Assembly (NCBI GenBank): GCA_017408905.1
Contig: JAFQTU010000016.1
Span: 520 to 64,519 of the forward strand
Origin: Mailhella sp.
Lineage (GTDB): Bacteria > Desulfobacterota > Desulfovibrionia > Desulfovibrionales > Desulfovibrionaceae
Length of the DNA: 64,000 nucleotides
Direction: 5' to 3'
Below are positions 50,242 through 60,252 of the stretch, piece by piece (the first letter of the stretch is position 1; each line of letters begins with the position of its first letter). A program made the position numbers and the translations under genes. Under the pieces are notes generated by a model. The model made no database searches, was not told the DNA's origin, and was given only the letters and a program-made list of their open reading frames with translations.

Positions 50242-50979
50242 ATGCTGCCTCCCAAGCTTTCCCTGCCCCTGCTCCTTCTTGCACTGCTCTTCAGCCTTGT
50301 GCTGGGGGGCTGTTCTTCCAAGGAAGATTCTGTGGGCTACATGGGCGGCCGGTATCGCGGCACGAAATCCTACACGGTGCGGGGCAAGACCTATCACCCC
50401 TACAAAACCGCACGCGGCTACCGGGAAACCGGCGTGGCCTCGTGGTACGGCCCGGGCTTCCACGGCAAGAAGACCTCCAACGGCGAACGCTACGACCAGA
50501 ACGCCATGACGGCGGCCCACAAGCTCCTGCCCTTCAATACCCGCCTGCGCGTGACCAACCTGCACAACGGCCGTTCCGTCATCGTGCGCATCAACGACCG
50601 CGGCCCCTTCGTGGGCAGCCGCATCATCGACCTTTCCAAGGAAGCCGCCCGCCAGCTCCACATGATAGGGAGCGGCACGGCGCGGGTGAGCCTTGTGGCG
50701 CTGGACGCAGGCAACCGCGAGGCCGCCATCCTCACGCCCGAAGGCGATATGCTCGGCCTCTTCTATCTCCAGATCGGCGCTTTCACGGATATCTACAGGG
50801 CCGACAGGCTGGCCACCATGATGCGTTCCAAGGGCTACGGATGCCGCATCGTCCGCCACGAACGAAAGATGCAGGACTACTATGTCCACCTTGGCCCGTA
50901 CCTTTCACGCTCGGCCGCCGAAAAAGTAGGGCGCACCCTGCGCAGGGCCTTCAAGGACCTGTTCGTCATCGCGGAATAG
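50242..50979 (+). CDS. rlpA: Septal ring lytic transglycosylase RlpA family lipoprotein (SPOR domain)
   Basis: Lipobox LGGC, GVASWYG, TAAHKLLPF, VRINDRGPF, C-terminal SPOR domain. Confidence 0.93.
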   Translation: MLPPKLSLPLLLLALLFSLVLGGCSSKEDSVGYMGGRYRGTKSYTVRGKTYHPYKTARGYRETGVASWYGPGFHGKKTSNGERYDQNAMTAAHKLLPFNTRLRVTNLHNGRSVIVRINDRGPFVGSRIIDLSKEAARQLHMIGSGTARVSLVALDAGNREAAILTPEGDMLGLFYLQIGAFTDIYRADRLATMMRSKGYGCRIVRHERKMQDYYVHLGPYLSRSAAEKVGRTLRRAFKDLFVIAE

Positions 50980-50999
50980 CGCCGAAAGTTCAACAGGTC

Positions 51000-52244
51000 T
51001 TACTTTTTCAGCGCCTGCGCTTCGGCCCGTTCCGCCTGCACGGCCGCCTGCTCCCTGTCGCTTTCGCCCTGCGGCTCGAAAAGCCTGCCGCGTACCACGG
51101 CGTCTCGCCCGTAGCGCTCGCGCAGGGCATCCACGGCCCTGTCCAGCCTGCCGCGCCTTTTCTCCTCGCTCTGCGGCTTCGGCTCGGGCATCAGGGAAAG
51201 CTGGCTCGGCCCTCCCTCCTCGAAGCCGGACACGCCCACGCCGATGAGCCGCACCCGGTCGGCCAGCTCCACCCCGTCAAGGATGGCACACGCCGTATCG
51301 TAGATCGTCTCGGTACTGCTGATGCGGTGCGCAAGCGTGGTCTGCCGCGTTATCTGCCTAAAATCCGCGTATTTTATCTTCACGGTAACGGTGCGCCCGG
51401 CCAGCCCGTGCCTGCGAAGAGACGCCCCTACCCTCTCGGCATGGCGCATCAGCCATGTGCGCAGCACGTCCCTGTCTCGGGTATCCTCGTCCAGCGTCAC
51501 TTCCGCGCTTTCCGACTTGGGCGGCGTCCACGGGACGACCTCGCGCGGGTCGATGCCCTGCGCCCTCTGCCACAGGGCCGCCCCGGCCTTGCCGAATTTC
51601 CTTTTCCAGAACTCCTCGCTGTAGCGCGAGACCTCGCCGCAGGTCTTCACGCCGAGCTGGGCAAGGTCGGCGGCGAAATGCCTGCCCACGCCGGGCACGG
51701 CCCGCACCGGCAGGACAGCGAGAAAAGCCGGGACGTCTTCCGGCCTCAGCATGAAAAGCCCGTCCGGCTTGCGCTGTTCCGACGCTATCTTGGCAAGGAA
51801 TTTCACCGGGGCAATGCCCACGGAACAGGTCAGGCCGCCCGTGGCTTCGCGCACGGCTTCCTTGAGCTGGCGGCCCAGCGATTCCACAGGGCCGAAAAGC
51901 CGCTCCAGCCCGGTGGCGTCCAGATAGGCTTCATCTACGGAGGCCATCTCCACCAGCGGGGAAAAGCGGGAAATGGCCTCGCGCACGAGGGCCGACATCT
52001 CGGCGTAGCGGCGCATCCTCGGCCTGATATAGACACCGTGGGGGCAACGCCTGCGGGCCTCGGCTATGGGCATGGCGGAATGGACGCCGAACTTCCGCGC
52101 CTCGTACGAACAGGTGCTCACCACGCCGCGATGCTCGCCGCCCACGATGACGGCCTTCCCCCGCAGGGAGGGATCGTCGAGCTGTTCGATGGACGCGAAG
52201 AAGGCGTCCATGTCCATATGCATTATCCAGCGCGGATGCGGCAA
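51000..52244 (-). CDS. dinB: DNA polymerase IV
   Basis: HMDMDAFFASIE, STCSYEAR.FGV, SVDEAYLD, LAKIAS...KPDG. Confidence 0.96.
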   Translation of the reverse strand: MPHPRWIMHMDMDAFFASIEQLDDPSLRGKAVIVGGEHRGVVSTCSYEARKFGVHSAMPIAEARRRCPHGVYIRPRMRRYAEMSALVREAISRFSPLVEMASVDEAYLDATGLERLFGPVESLGRQLKEAVREATGGLTCSVGIAPVKFLAKIASEQRKPDGLFMLRPEDVPAFLAVLPVRAVPGVGRHFAADLAQLGVKTCGEVSRYSEEFWKRKFGKAGAALWQRAQGIDPREVVPWTPPKSESAEVTLDEDTRDRDVLRTWLMRHAERVGASLRRHGLAGRTVTVKIKYADFRQITRQTTLAHRISSTETIYDTACAILDGVELADRVRLIGVGVSGFEEGGPSQLSLMPEPKPQSEEKRRGRLDRAVDALRERYGRDAVVRGRLFEPQGESDREQAAVQAERAEAQALKK

Positions 52245-52439
52245 GGCGTACCTCTTGTTTTTCCTGCATGAAGCGCCCTTGGGAGCGGATTGTCCTTGAC
52301 ATTGCGGAAGGGGCTATCTAATGAAAAAGTACCTGTCTTTTACCATGCCTTGCCGCAAAGCGGAAGAGCATGGAGAGGCCATGGAGCATGCCGCGGCGGC
52401 CGGAGCCGCCACATTTCCACCGTCAAGGAGTCAGGATAG

Positions 52440-54359
52440 TTGGCCAGAAAGAAATCTATGCAGCAGTGGTCTGTGGAAGATTCCGTCGATTTGTACGGCA
52501 TCCGCAGCTGGAGCACCGGTTACTTCGATATTTCTCCCAAGGGCGAAGTCGTCATCAGGCCCTTCGGCCGCGAGGGCGGCCCCGAAGTCAGCGTGCTTGA
52601 GATCATCAACGAGCTCAAGGATCGCGGCTACGACCTGCCCGTCCTGCTCCGCATCGAGAACATCCTCGATTCCCAGATATCGCTCCTGCATCAGACCTTC
52701 CGGGCCGCCATTGCCGAACTCGGCTACAAGGGCCAGTATCGCGGCGTCTTCCCCATCAAGGTCAACCAGCAGCAGCAGGTCGTCTCCAAGATCGCCCAGT
52801 ACGGCGCGGCCTACCATCACGGCCTCGAAGTCGGTTCCAAGGCCGAACTCATCGCCGCCATCAGCCAGCTCAAGAGCCGCGAAGCCTGCCTTATCTGCAA
52901 CGGCTACAAGGACGAAGAGTTCATCGACCTCGGCCTCCACGCCCTGAGCATGGGCTTCAACGTCATCTTCGTGCTCGAAATGCCCGGCGAGCTGGATTTC
53001 ATCCTGAACGAATCCAAGCGCATGGGCATCCGCCCCCAGATCGGCGTGCGCGTCAAGCTCAGCACCAAGGCCAGCGGCCACTGGGCCGAATCCGGCGGCG
53101 AACGCTCCGCCTTCGGTCTCACCTCCGCCCAGATCATGGATATCGTGGACGCCCTGAAGGAACAGGGCATGCTCGATACCCTGAAGCTCATGCACTACCA
53201 TCTCGGCTCTCAGGTCCCGAATATCCGCGACATCCGTTCCGCCGTCATGGAAGCCACGCGCATCTATGCCAGCCTTGTGCAGGAAGGCGCGGCTATGGGC
53301 TACCTCGACCTTGGCGGCGGCCTTGCCGTGGACTACGACGGCTCCCACACCAACTACGTCAGCTCCCGCAACTACACGGTACGCGAGTACTGCACCGACG
53401 TGGTGGAAGCCGTTATGACCATCCTTGACGCGCAGGGCATCGAACACCCGCATATCGTCACCGAATCCGGCCGCGCCACCGTGGCCTACTACTCCATCCT
53501 GCTCTTCAACGTGCTGGACGTGAGCCTTATCGAAGTGGGAAGCCTGCCCGAAGAACTGCCCGAAGATACGCCCGAACCCGTGCGCAACCTCAAGGAAGCC
53601 TTCCAGAACATCAATCCGCGCAACCTGCAGGAAGCCTACAACGACGCCATCTACTACTACGACGAGATGCGCCAACTCTTCATTGCCGGGCGCGTCACCC
53701 TGCGCGAACGCACTCTGGCCGAACGCTTCTTCTGGGCCATCATGCGCCAGCTTTCCGAAGAGAAGCACCGCGTGAAGTACATCCCCAAGGAACTGAACGA
53801 GATCGACTCCATGCTGGCAGATATCTATTACTGCAATTTCAGCGTGTTCCAGTCCCTCCCGGACAGCTGGGCCATCGATCAGCTCTTCCCCATCATGCCC
53901 ATACACCGCCTGAACGAATTCCCCTCGCGCGCGGGCATCCTCTCCGACCTTACCTGCGACTCCGACGGACGCATCTCGCACTTCATCGACCCGCAGGGAC
54001 ACAAGTCCACCCTTGAACTGCATCCGCTCAAGGAGAACGAAGAGTATTACCTCGGCACCTTCCTCGTGGGCGCGTATCAGGAAACGCTGGGCGACCTGCA
54101 CAACCTGCTGGGCGACACCAACGTGGTGTCCGTGCGCATCCAGGAAGACGGCACCTATGACTTCGTGCGCGAGATCGACGGCGACTCCGTTTCCGACATC
54201 CTCGCCTATGTCGAATACGACCCGCGCCGCGTTCTCGTGGGCATCCGCAAATCCGCCGAACGCGCCGTGCGCGAAGGCCGCATCAGCCCCACCCAGCGCC
54301 ACCGCCTCATGCAGGCCTTCGAAGACGGCCTGCGCGGCTACACCTATTTCGAGAAGTAG
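52440..54359 (+). CDS. speA: Biosynthetic arginine decarboxylase
   Basis: FPIKVNQ, GLEVGSKAEL, CNGYKD, HLGSQ, DLGGGL, ESGR, CDSDG, GAYQE. Confidence 0.96.
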   Translation: MARKKSMQQWSVEDSVDLYGIRSWSTGYFDISPKGEVVIRPFGREGGPEVSVLEIINELKDRGYDLPVLLRIENILDSQISLLHQTFRAAIAELGYKGQYRGVFPIKVNQQQQVVSKIAQYGAAYHHGLEVGSKAELIAAISQLKSREACLICNGYKDEEFIDLGLHALSMGFNVIFVLEMPGELDFILNESKRMGIRPQIGVRVKLSTKASGHWAESGGERSAFGLTSAQIMDIVDALKEQGMLDTLKLMHYHLGSQVPNIRDIRSAVMEATRIYASLVQEGAAMGYLDLGGGLAVDYDGSHTNYVSSRNYTVREYCTDVVEAVMTILDAQGIEHPHIVTESGRATVAYYSILLFNVLDVSLIEVGSLPEELPEDTPEPVRNLKEAFQNINPRNLQEAYNDAIYYYDEMRQLFIAGRVTLRERTLAERFFWAIMRQLSEEKHRVKYIPKELNEIDSMLADIYYCNFSVFQSLPDSWAIDQLFPIMPIHRLNEFPSRAGILSDLTCDSDGRISHFIDPQGHKSTLELHPLKENEEYYLGTFLVGAYQETLGDLHNLLGDTNVVSVRIQEDGTYDFVREIDGDSVSDILAYVEYDPRRVLVGIRKSAERAVREGRISPTQRHRLMQAFEDGLRGYTYFEK

Positions 54360-54371
54360 GAAACGTGTTTT

Positions 54372-54451
54372 TGTGGAGGGGAAGGGGGAAACTTTTGAAA
54401 AAGTTTCCCCCTTCCCCTCCACACCTCCCCTTCCCTCTTCAAAACTTTTTA
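54372..54451. repeat. REP-like intergenic palindrome (25-2-25 perfect inverted repeat plus purine/pyrimidine tail)
   Basis: TGTGGAGGGGAAGGGGGAAACTTTT-GA-AAAAGTTTCCCCCTTCCCCTCCACA. A related, truncated copy lies at 63254-63315. Confidence 0.8.
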
Positions 54452-54539
54452 ATTAAGCTTGGATGAAGTCATCGCTTCATTCGTGATGTGACCAACACTT
54501 ATCGTCCCTGAAACGTTTCAGGCTTCAAGGAGCAGGAAT

Positions 54540-55736
54540 ATGGCTAAAGTGCTGATCATCGGCGCAGGCGGCGTGAGCTCTGTCGCCACCCACAAGTGTG
54601 CGCAGGCCGCCCACATCTTCTCTGAAATCGTGCTCGCCAGCCGCACCAAGTCCAAGTGCGACGCCATTGCCGCCAGCGTGAAGGAACGCTATGGCCGCGA
54701 CATCGAGACCGCCCAGGTCGATGCCGACAACGTGCCCGAACTCGTGGCCCTCATCAAGAAGGTCCAGCCCGATCTTGTGATGAACATCGCCCTGCCCTAT
54801 CAGGACCTGCACATCATGGACGCCTGCCTTGAAGCCGGTGTGAACTACCTCGACACCGCCAACTACGAACCCCTTGACGACGCCCACTTCGAATACAAGT
54901 GGCAGTGGGCCTACAAGGAAAAGTTCGAGAAGGCTGGCCTCTGCGCCCTTCTCGGCTCCGGCTTCGACCCCGGCGTTACCAACGTGTTCTGCGCCTACGC
55001 CCAGAAGCACCTCTTCGACGAGATCCACGTCCTCGATATCATCGACGCCAACGCCGGCGACCACGGCCTGCCCTTCGCCACCAACTTCAACCCCGAGATC
55101 AACCTGCGCGAAGTGTCCGCCCCCGGCCGCTACTGGGAACGCGGCGAATGGGTGGAGACCGATCCCCTCGCCTGGAAGATGAACTTCGACTTCCCCGAAG
55201 GCATAGGCAAGAAGAACTGCTACCTCATGTACCATGAAGAGCTGGAATCTCTGGTGCAGAACCTCAAGGGCATCCGCCGCGCCCGCTTCTGGATGACCTT
55301 TGGCGACGCCTACCTGAACCACCTGCAGGTGTTCAAGAACGTCGGCCTCATCGGCATCGATCCCATCAAGTTCCAGGGTCAGGACATCGTGCCCATCCAG
55401 TTCCTTGCCAAGCTCCTGCCCGATCCTGCCTCCCTCGGCCCCCGCACCGTGGGCAAGACCTGCATCGGCTGCCTTATGAAGGGCGTGAAGGACGGCGAGG
55501 AAAAGACCTACTACATCTACAATATCTGCGACCATCAGGCCTGCTACCGCGAACTCGGCTCTCAGGCCATTTCCTACACCACCGGCGTGCCTGCTATGGT
55601 CGGCGCCATGATGATGATCACCGGCAAGTGGAACAAGCCCGGCGTGTGGAACATGGAACAGATGGACCCCGATCCCTTCCTTGAAGAGCTGGCCAAGTAC
55701 GGCCTGCCCTGGACCGTGATCGAACCCGTTCTGTAA
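54540..55736 (+). CDS. Carboxy(nor)spermidine dehydrogenase (saccharopine dehydrogenase family)
   Basis: IIGAGGV, NYLDTANYE, GSGFDPGVTN, TNFNPEINLRE, YHEELESL; cluster with speA and nspC. Confidence 0.9.
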   Translation: MAKVLIIGAGGVSSVATHKCAQAAHIFSEIVLASRTKSKCDAIAASVKERYGRDIETAQVDADNVPELVALIKKVQPDLVMNIALPYQDLHIMDACLEAGVNYLDTANYEPLDDAHFEYKWQWAYKEKFEKAGLCALLGSGFDPGVTNVFCAYAQKHLFDEIHVLDIIDANAGDHGLPFATNFNPEINLREVSAPGRYWERGEWVETDPLAWKMNFDFPEGIGKKNCYLMYHEELESLVQNLKGIRRARFWMTFGDAYLNHLQVFKNVGLIGIDPIKFQGQDIVPIQFLAKLLPDPASLGPRTVGKTCIGCLMKGVKDGEEKTYYIYNICDHQACYRELGSQAISYTTGVPAMVGAMMMITGKWNKPGVWNMEQMDPDPFLEELAKYGLPWTVIEPVL

Positions 55737-55827
55737 TACCGCAACTCAGAATGGAGCGGACAGGGGATTCCCTGCCCGCTCTTTTCGTCTGTTCTGGCGG
55801 CCGAAGCCAGACACCGGAAGAACGCCC

Positions 55828-56052
55828 ATGACGTTGGAAGAACAGATAGCCCGCCTTGAAGAGCAGGCGTATTTTCAGGAAAAACTGCTCGCACAGCTCA
55901 ACGAAGCGCTCACCTTCCAGCAGGGCCAGATAGACGTTCTGGAAAAGCGCATCGCCGAACTTGAGCAGAACGTGACCAGCCTGCTCGAATCCTCGCCGCA
56001 GGACGCCCCCGCCAACACCCTGCCGCCCCACTACATGCCCGAGAGATATTAG
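55828..56052 (+). CDS. slyX: SlyX family protein
   Basis: LEEQIARLEEQAYFQEKLLAQLNEAL..QQ.QID...PPHY. Confidence 0.85.
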   Translation: MTLEEQIARLEEQAYFQEKLLAQLNEALTFQQGQIDVLEKRIAELEQNVTSLLESSPQDAPANTLPPHYMPERY

Positions 56053-56053
56053 A

Positions 56054-57247
56054 ATGCTCGAATATCTGAACAAGCTGAAGCCTGAAACGTGGCCTTCCCC
56101 CTGCTTCGTCACCGACCTTGCCCTGCTTCGGAAAAACGTCGATATCCTCGACAGCGTCCAGCTCCGCACCGGCGCCAAGATCATGCTGGCTCTCAAATGC
56201 TTTTCGCAGTGGATGACCTTCCCCGTGCTTTCCCGGGCCATGCGCGGCCCGCTCTACGGCTGCTGTGCCAGCTCGCCCGACGAAGCCCGCCTTGCCAAGG
56301 AAGACTTCTGTGGTGAAGTCCACGCCTTTGCCGCCGCATGGAGCGAAGACGAACTGGCCGAGACCCTGCGCTACGCCGACCATATCGTGTTCAATTCCTT
56401 CGCCCAGTGGAAGCGTTTCAAGCCGCTGGTAAAGCAGGCCGAAGCGGAACGCGGCATTGAGATAGAATGCGGCCTGCGCCTCAACCCCGAGCATTCCGAA
56501 GGTGCTGTGCCCATCTACGACCCCTGCTCGCCCGGTTCGCGCCTCGGCATACGCCCTGCCGCCTTCGAAGCCGCCCTTGCCGAAGACCCCAGCGCTCTCG
56601 ACGGTATCTCCGGCCTGCATTTCCACACGCTCTGCGAACAGAATTCCGACTGCCTCGCCCGTACCCTTGAAGCCGTGGAAAAGCATTTCGGCAAGTATTT
56701 CCACCAGATGAAGTGGATCAACTTCGGCGGCGGCCACCATATCAGCCGCGACGACTACGATATCGAACTGCTTTGCCAGTGCATCGAACACGTGCGCGAC
56801 ACCTACAAGGTGCAGGTCTATCTCGAACCCGGCGAGGCCGTGGCCCTCAACGCCGGCGTTCTTGTGGCGACCGTGCTCGACGTGGTTCAGGCCGATATGC
56901 CCATCGCCATTCTCGACACTTCCGCCGCCTGCCATATGCCCGACGTTATGGAAATGCCCTACCGCCCCAACATCATCGGCTCCGGCGAAGCGGGCGAAAA
57001 GGCCTTCACCTGCCGCCTTGCGGGCAAGTCCTGCCTTGCGGGCGATGTCATCGGGGAATATTCCTTCGACAAGGCCCTTGAACCGGGGGATAAGCTGGTC
57101 TTCCTCGACATGGCCATCTACAGCATGGTGAAGACCACCACCTTCAACGGCCTGCGCCTGCCCAGCATCGCCATCTGGGATTCCGAGACCGACCAGCGCC
57201 GCGTGACGCGCACCTTCGGCTACGAAGATTTCAGAGGCCGCCTGTAA
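56054..57247 (+). CDS. nspC: Carboxy(nor)spermidine decarboxylase
   Basis: PSPCF, ALKCFS, YDPC.PGSRLG, GLHFHTLCEQ, NFGGGH, EPGEA, CLAGD, FNG..LP. Confidence 0.94.
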   Translation: MLEYLNKLKPETWPSPCFVTDLALLRKNVDILDSVQLRTGAKIMLALKCFSQWMTFPVLSRAMRGPLYGCCASSPDEARLAKEDFCGEVHAFAAAWSEDELAETLRYADHIVFNSFAQWKRFKPLVKQAEAERGIEIECGLRLNPEHSEGAVPIYDPCSPGSRLGIRPAAFEAALAEDPSALDGISGLHFHTLCEQNSDCLARTLEAVEKHFGKYFHQMKWINFGGGHHISRDDYDIELLCQCIEHVRDTYKVQVYLEPGEAVALNAGVLVATVLDVVQADMPIAILDTSAACHMPDVMEMPYRPNIIGSGEAGEKAFTCRLAGKSCLAGDVIGEYSFDKALEPGDKLVFLDMAIYSMVKTTTFNGLRLPSIAIWDSETDQRRVTRTFGYEDFRGRL

Positions 57248-57550
57248 AACACAAACCCTATTCAGCATAGAAACGCCTGTCATCGACGGGCGTTTTCTTT
57301 TATTCACCAATACAAATACACGAATCCTCTTTTATAAAAACAAACTAACCACGTTATACTGCACCATGCTACTATAATGTGCAAAAAACTGAACCTTATA
57401 ACAGCTCTAATATTGTTATTAAGCAATCAAAAAATTTATACCTTCACACAAGATGCCATTCGGCGTCCCTATACGACCTTGCGTCTTTATCTACTCATCC
57501 TGTGGAAAAGTTTCGGCAGGAGGCGCAAGACAAAAGTGGGAAGGTATGGA

Positions 57551-59035
57551 ATGAAAAAACTTCTTACGCTCTTTCTGGCCGCAGGTATGACCCTGTCGGC
57601 GGCCCACAGCGCCTCCGCTGTGGAACTCAAGGTCAGCGGCATGTACGACTTCTCCTTTACCGGCACGTCGAACATGAGCGGCAGCCGCTCCTTCATGGAT
57701 TCCTCGGACCATCGCCATAACCTGAAGCGCGACCTCAACGGCAGGCATTTCGACGCCCTCCAGCGTCTGCGCCTCGGCCTGGAATTCGTGATGGGCGAAC
57801 AGCTTTCGGCCTTCTATCAGGCCCAGATCGGCACGTTCGCCTGGGGCGGCCCGTACAAGGGCGCTTCGAAGGCGGAAGCCGATGGCGGCGCCCTTGCCAC
57901 CCGTGCGGCCAACGTGGCCACCCGCCTTGCCTACCTCGACTGGATGGTTCCCAATACCAGCGTCCATGTGCGCATGGGCCAGCAGCCCTTCGCCCTTCCG
58001 GCCTTCGTTGCGGGAAGCCCCATCCTTGACGACCCCGCCACCGGCGTGACCATCACCGCCCCTGTCTGCGACTGGCTCGACCTTTCCGGCTTCTGGATCC
58101 GCGCCATTTCCGACCCGTGGAAGAACAGCAGCGGCGAATACGACTACCGCAGTGCCGATGTCGATCTCTTCGGCCTTGTGGCTGACGCGAAGTTCGAAAG
58201 CTTCCGCGTTGCCCCTTGGGCCGTCGTAGGCCACGGCGGCAAGCATTTTTCCGAGGTAGGCAGCACCGGCTCCACGACGTCCGGCATCCTTCCCTTCAAC
58301 GGCATGAACCGCCTGCGCTGGAATAACGGCGAACTGGAAAAGAGCCTCGATCCTTCCTCTTCCACCATCTGGTTTGCCGGTATCAGCGGCGAATACCGGC
58401 CCTTCGATCCCCTGCGCCTCGCCCTGGACTTCTACTACAGCGCCACGGAAAACTCCCACGCTTCCACCGAGCGCAATGGCTGGTATGTGGCCGGCCTTGC
58501 CGAATACAAGATGCCCTGGTTCGTACCTACCCTTGTTGCCTGGTATGCCAGCGGCGACGACAGCAACCCCACCAACGGCTCCGAACAGCCCCTCACCCTT
58601 TCCGGCGGCTTTGACCCCGGCGCGCGTGCCTACTTCGACGGCCGCTACAGCATCGCCAACACCATCGACAAGTGCGATGCCGGCGGCACCTGGGGCGTGA
58701 GCGCCCAGCTCAACAAGATCACCTTCCTCAAGGACCTGTACCACGACCTTGCCGTTACCTATTTCCAGGGCACGAACAACAAGGATATGCCCTACGACAT
58801 CAACAAGCGCTACGGCGGTTCGGTCTCCCCGGCTGATTATCTGACCTCTAAGGACAATATCATTGAAGTGGACTTCAACTCCTCGTATCACATCTACAAG
58901 AACCTGATAGCCGTTCTGGAACTCAGCTACCTGTTCCAGGATATCGACGGCCATGTGTGGCGCAGTGCCACGAATGAAAAGGCCGACTTCTCCGATGCGT
59001 GGAGCGCTTCCTTGAACTTCCGCTATATGTTCTAA
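57551..59035 (+). CDS. Outer-membrane homotrimeric porin (Desulfovibrionaceae type)
   Basis: Signal peptide ending ASA, QRLR...F, AYLDW, WYASGDD, terminal Phe (YMF). Confidence 0.82.
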   Translation: MKKLLTLFLAAGMTLSAAHSASAVELKVSGMYDFSFTGTSNMSGSRSFMDSSDHRHNLKRDLNGRHFDALQRLRLGLEFVMGEQLSAFYQAQIGTFAWGGPYKGASKAEADGGALATRAANVATRLAYLDWMVPNTSVHVRMGQQPFALPAFVAGSPILDDPATGVTITAPVCDWLDLSGFWIRAISDPWKNSSGEYDYRSADVDLFGLVADAKFESFRVAPWAVVGHGGKHFSEVGSTGSTTSGILPFNGMNRLRWNNGELEKSLDPSSSTIWFAGISGEYRPFDPLRLALDFYYSATENSHASTERNGWYVAGLAEYKMPWFVPTLVAWYASGDDSNPTNGSEQPLTLSGGFDPGARAYFDGRYSIANTIDKCDAGGTWGVSAQLNKITFLKDLYHDLAVTYFQGTNNKDMPYDINKRYGGSVSPADYLTSKDNIIEVDFNSSYHIYKNLIAVLELSYLFQDIDGHVWRSATNEKADFSDAWSASLNFRYMF

Positions 59036-59110
59036 CCTTTGCCCTGCCGTCGTCTGCCGCTCTTCTCATCATTCCGGGAGCGGCCAGACTCCCTTGACGG
59101 CACAAGGCTC

Positions 59111-59144
59111 AAGGCCGGTTCCTGAGGGAGGGGACCGGCCTTTT
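59111..59144 (+). terminator. Intrinsic terminator after the porin gene
   Basis: AAGGCCGGTTCC...GGGACCGGCCTTTT. Confidence 0.7.
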
Positions 59145-59224
59145 CGCTTAACCAGAAAGCCCCTCCTTTCAGAGGGGCCTCGTATAACAGTGGCATGAGC
59201 AGTACGCCTGCCGGAGCGGTACGC

Positions 59225-59935
59225 CTAAACCGTTTCGGCAGGATTCTCTTCCGGCAGTTCTGCCGCCGAGGGAAGTTCGCCCTTCCTGTAGCGTTCCGCA
59301 AAGGCATGGAGGCCGCTGAAGATGAGCTCCTTGAAATACACGTTCATGTCTTCGCCGCGGTAATGGAAGATGGGGGCCAGCGTACGGGCCATGTCGCGCT
59401 GGACGCAGAGCATGATGAGGTACGGCCCCATGACGGTGATGACACAGCAGTTCAGGGCGGGGTCGCCCACGGGAATGCCGGTTATCTCGGACAGGAGCGC
59501 CGAAATGGTGCGCTCCTTGGTGAGCGTGCCCTGAAGGAAGGAAAGCCCGCCAAGGGCCGACGGGGCGATAAGCTCGTGCGCCCAGATGCGGGAATGCCAG
59601 CTCTGCGAATTGTAGATGTTGGCGATGTAGGCATCGAGTATCATGCCAAGCCTTTCTTCCGCCGAGCGGCCCTCATTCATGATGGCTTCCATCTGCCTCT
59701 CGTTGACGATGTGCTCGTGCACGTCTTCGAGAACGGCGCGGTACAGGTCGTCGCGGCTGCCGAAATAGTAGTTCACCGCCGCGATGTTCACCCCGGCTTC
59801 CTTGCAGATCATCTTGCTTGTGGTGTCGGCGTAGCCATGTTCGGCAAAAAGGCGGACAGCGGTCTCGAGGATATGGCGGCGGGTGACTTCGCCATCTTCT
59901 CGGACATGCTTCTTACGGGAAAAAAGAGAAATCAT
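59225..59935 (-). CDS. TetR/AcrR family regulator (CecR/CerR-like C-terminal domain)
   Basis: TRRHILETAVRLFAEHGY...ICKEAGVNIAAVNYYFGSRDDLY. Confidence 0.9.
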   Translation of the reverse strand: MISLFSRKKHVREDGEVTRRHILETAVRLFAEHGYADTTSKMICKEAGVNIAAVNYYFGSRDDLYRAVLEDVHEHIVNERQMEAIMNEGRSAEERLGMILDAYIANIYNSQSWHSRIWAHELIAPSALGGLSFLQGTLTKERTISALLSEITGIPVGDPALNCCVITVMGPYLIMLCVQRDMARTLAPIFHYRGEDMNVYFKELIFSGLHAFAERYRKGELPSAAELPEENPAETV

Positions 59936-60224
59936 GGGAAGGGTCCTTCTTGGAAAAGCAACGGACCCAATATAAAGCAAGAAAGGCCGAGCCGCAATGC
60001 GGCTCAGCCTGACCATACTGCTTTAAATCGAAAGCCGGGGCATCACGGACGGTCATGCCCCGGAACTTCCATAACCAGCTCTGAGGGCAGGCAGGCGTTA
60101 CGCGTATCTCTTTCATAACGACTGCACCGTCCGTCCCGCAGAACGGTTTGCGCAACTTTGAAATGGAGAGGTGTATTCCAAAGTACGCCACGAGCGAAAT
60201 TCGTTCCCGAAGGAAAGCATCGAA

Positions 60225-60252
60225 TCAAATTCAAATGCGAATTTGAATTTGA
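60225..60252. promoter_or_regulatory. 12-4-12 perfect inverted repeat TCAAATTCAAAT-GCGA-ATTTGAATTTGA, candidate operator
   Basis: Direct inspection. It overlaps the -10/+1 region of a minus-strand TTGACA (60274-60269)-N17-CAAATT promoter candidate. Confidence 0.65.

Noticed and set aside
59913-60191. 92-aa minus-strand ORF upstream of the TetR gene
   Set aside because: No motif or clear SD, and it overlaps the hairpin/terminator structures and the TetR start.
60100-60220. Glycine, c-di-GMP-I or Moco riboswitch
   Set aside because: Only fragments match (GGAGAG...CCGAAGG; GCAAACC). The required CUCUCAGG, GCAAAG and other core elements are absent.
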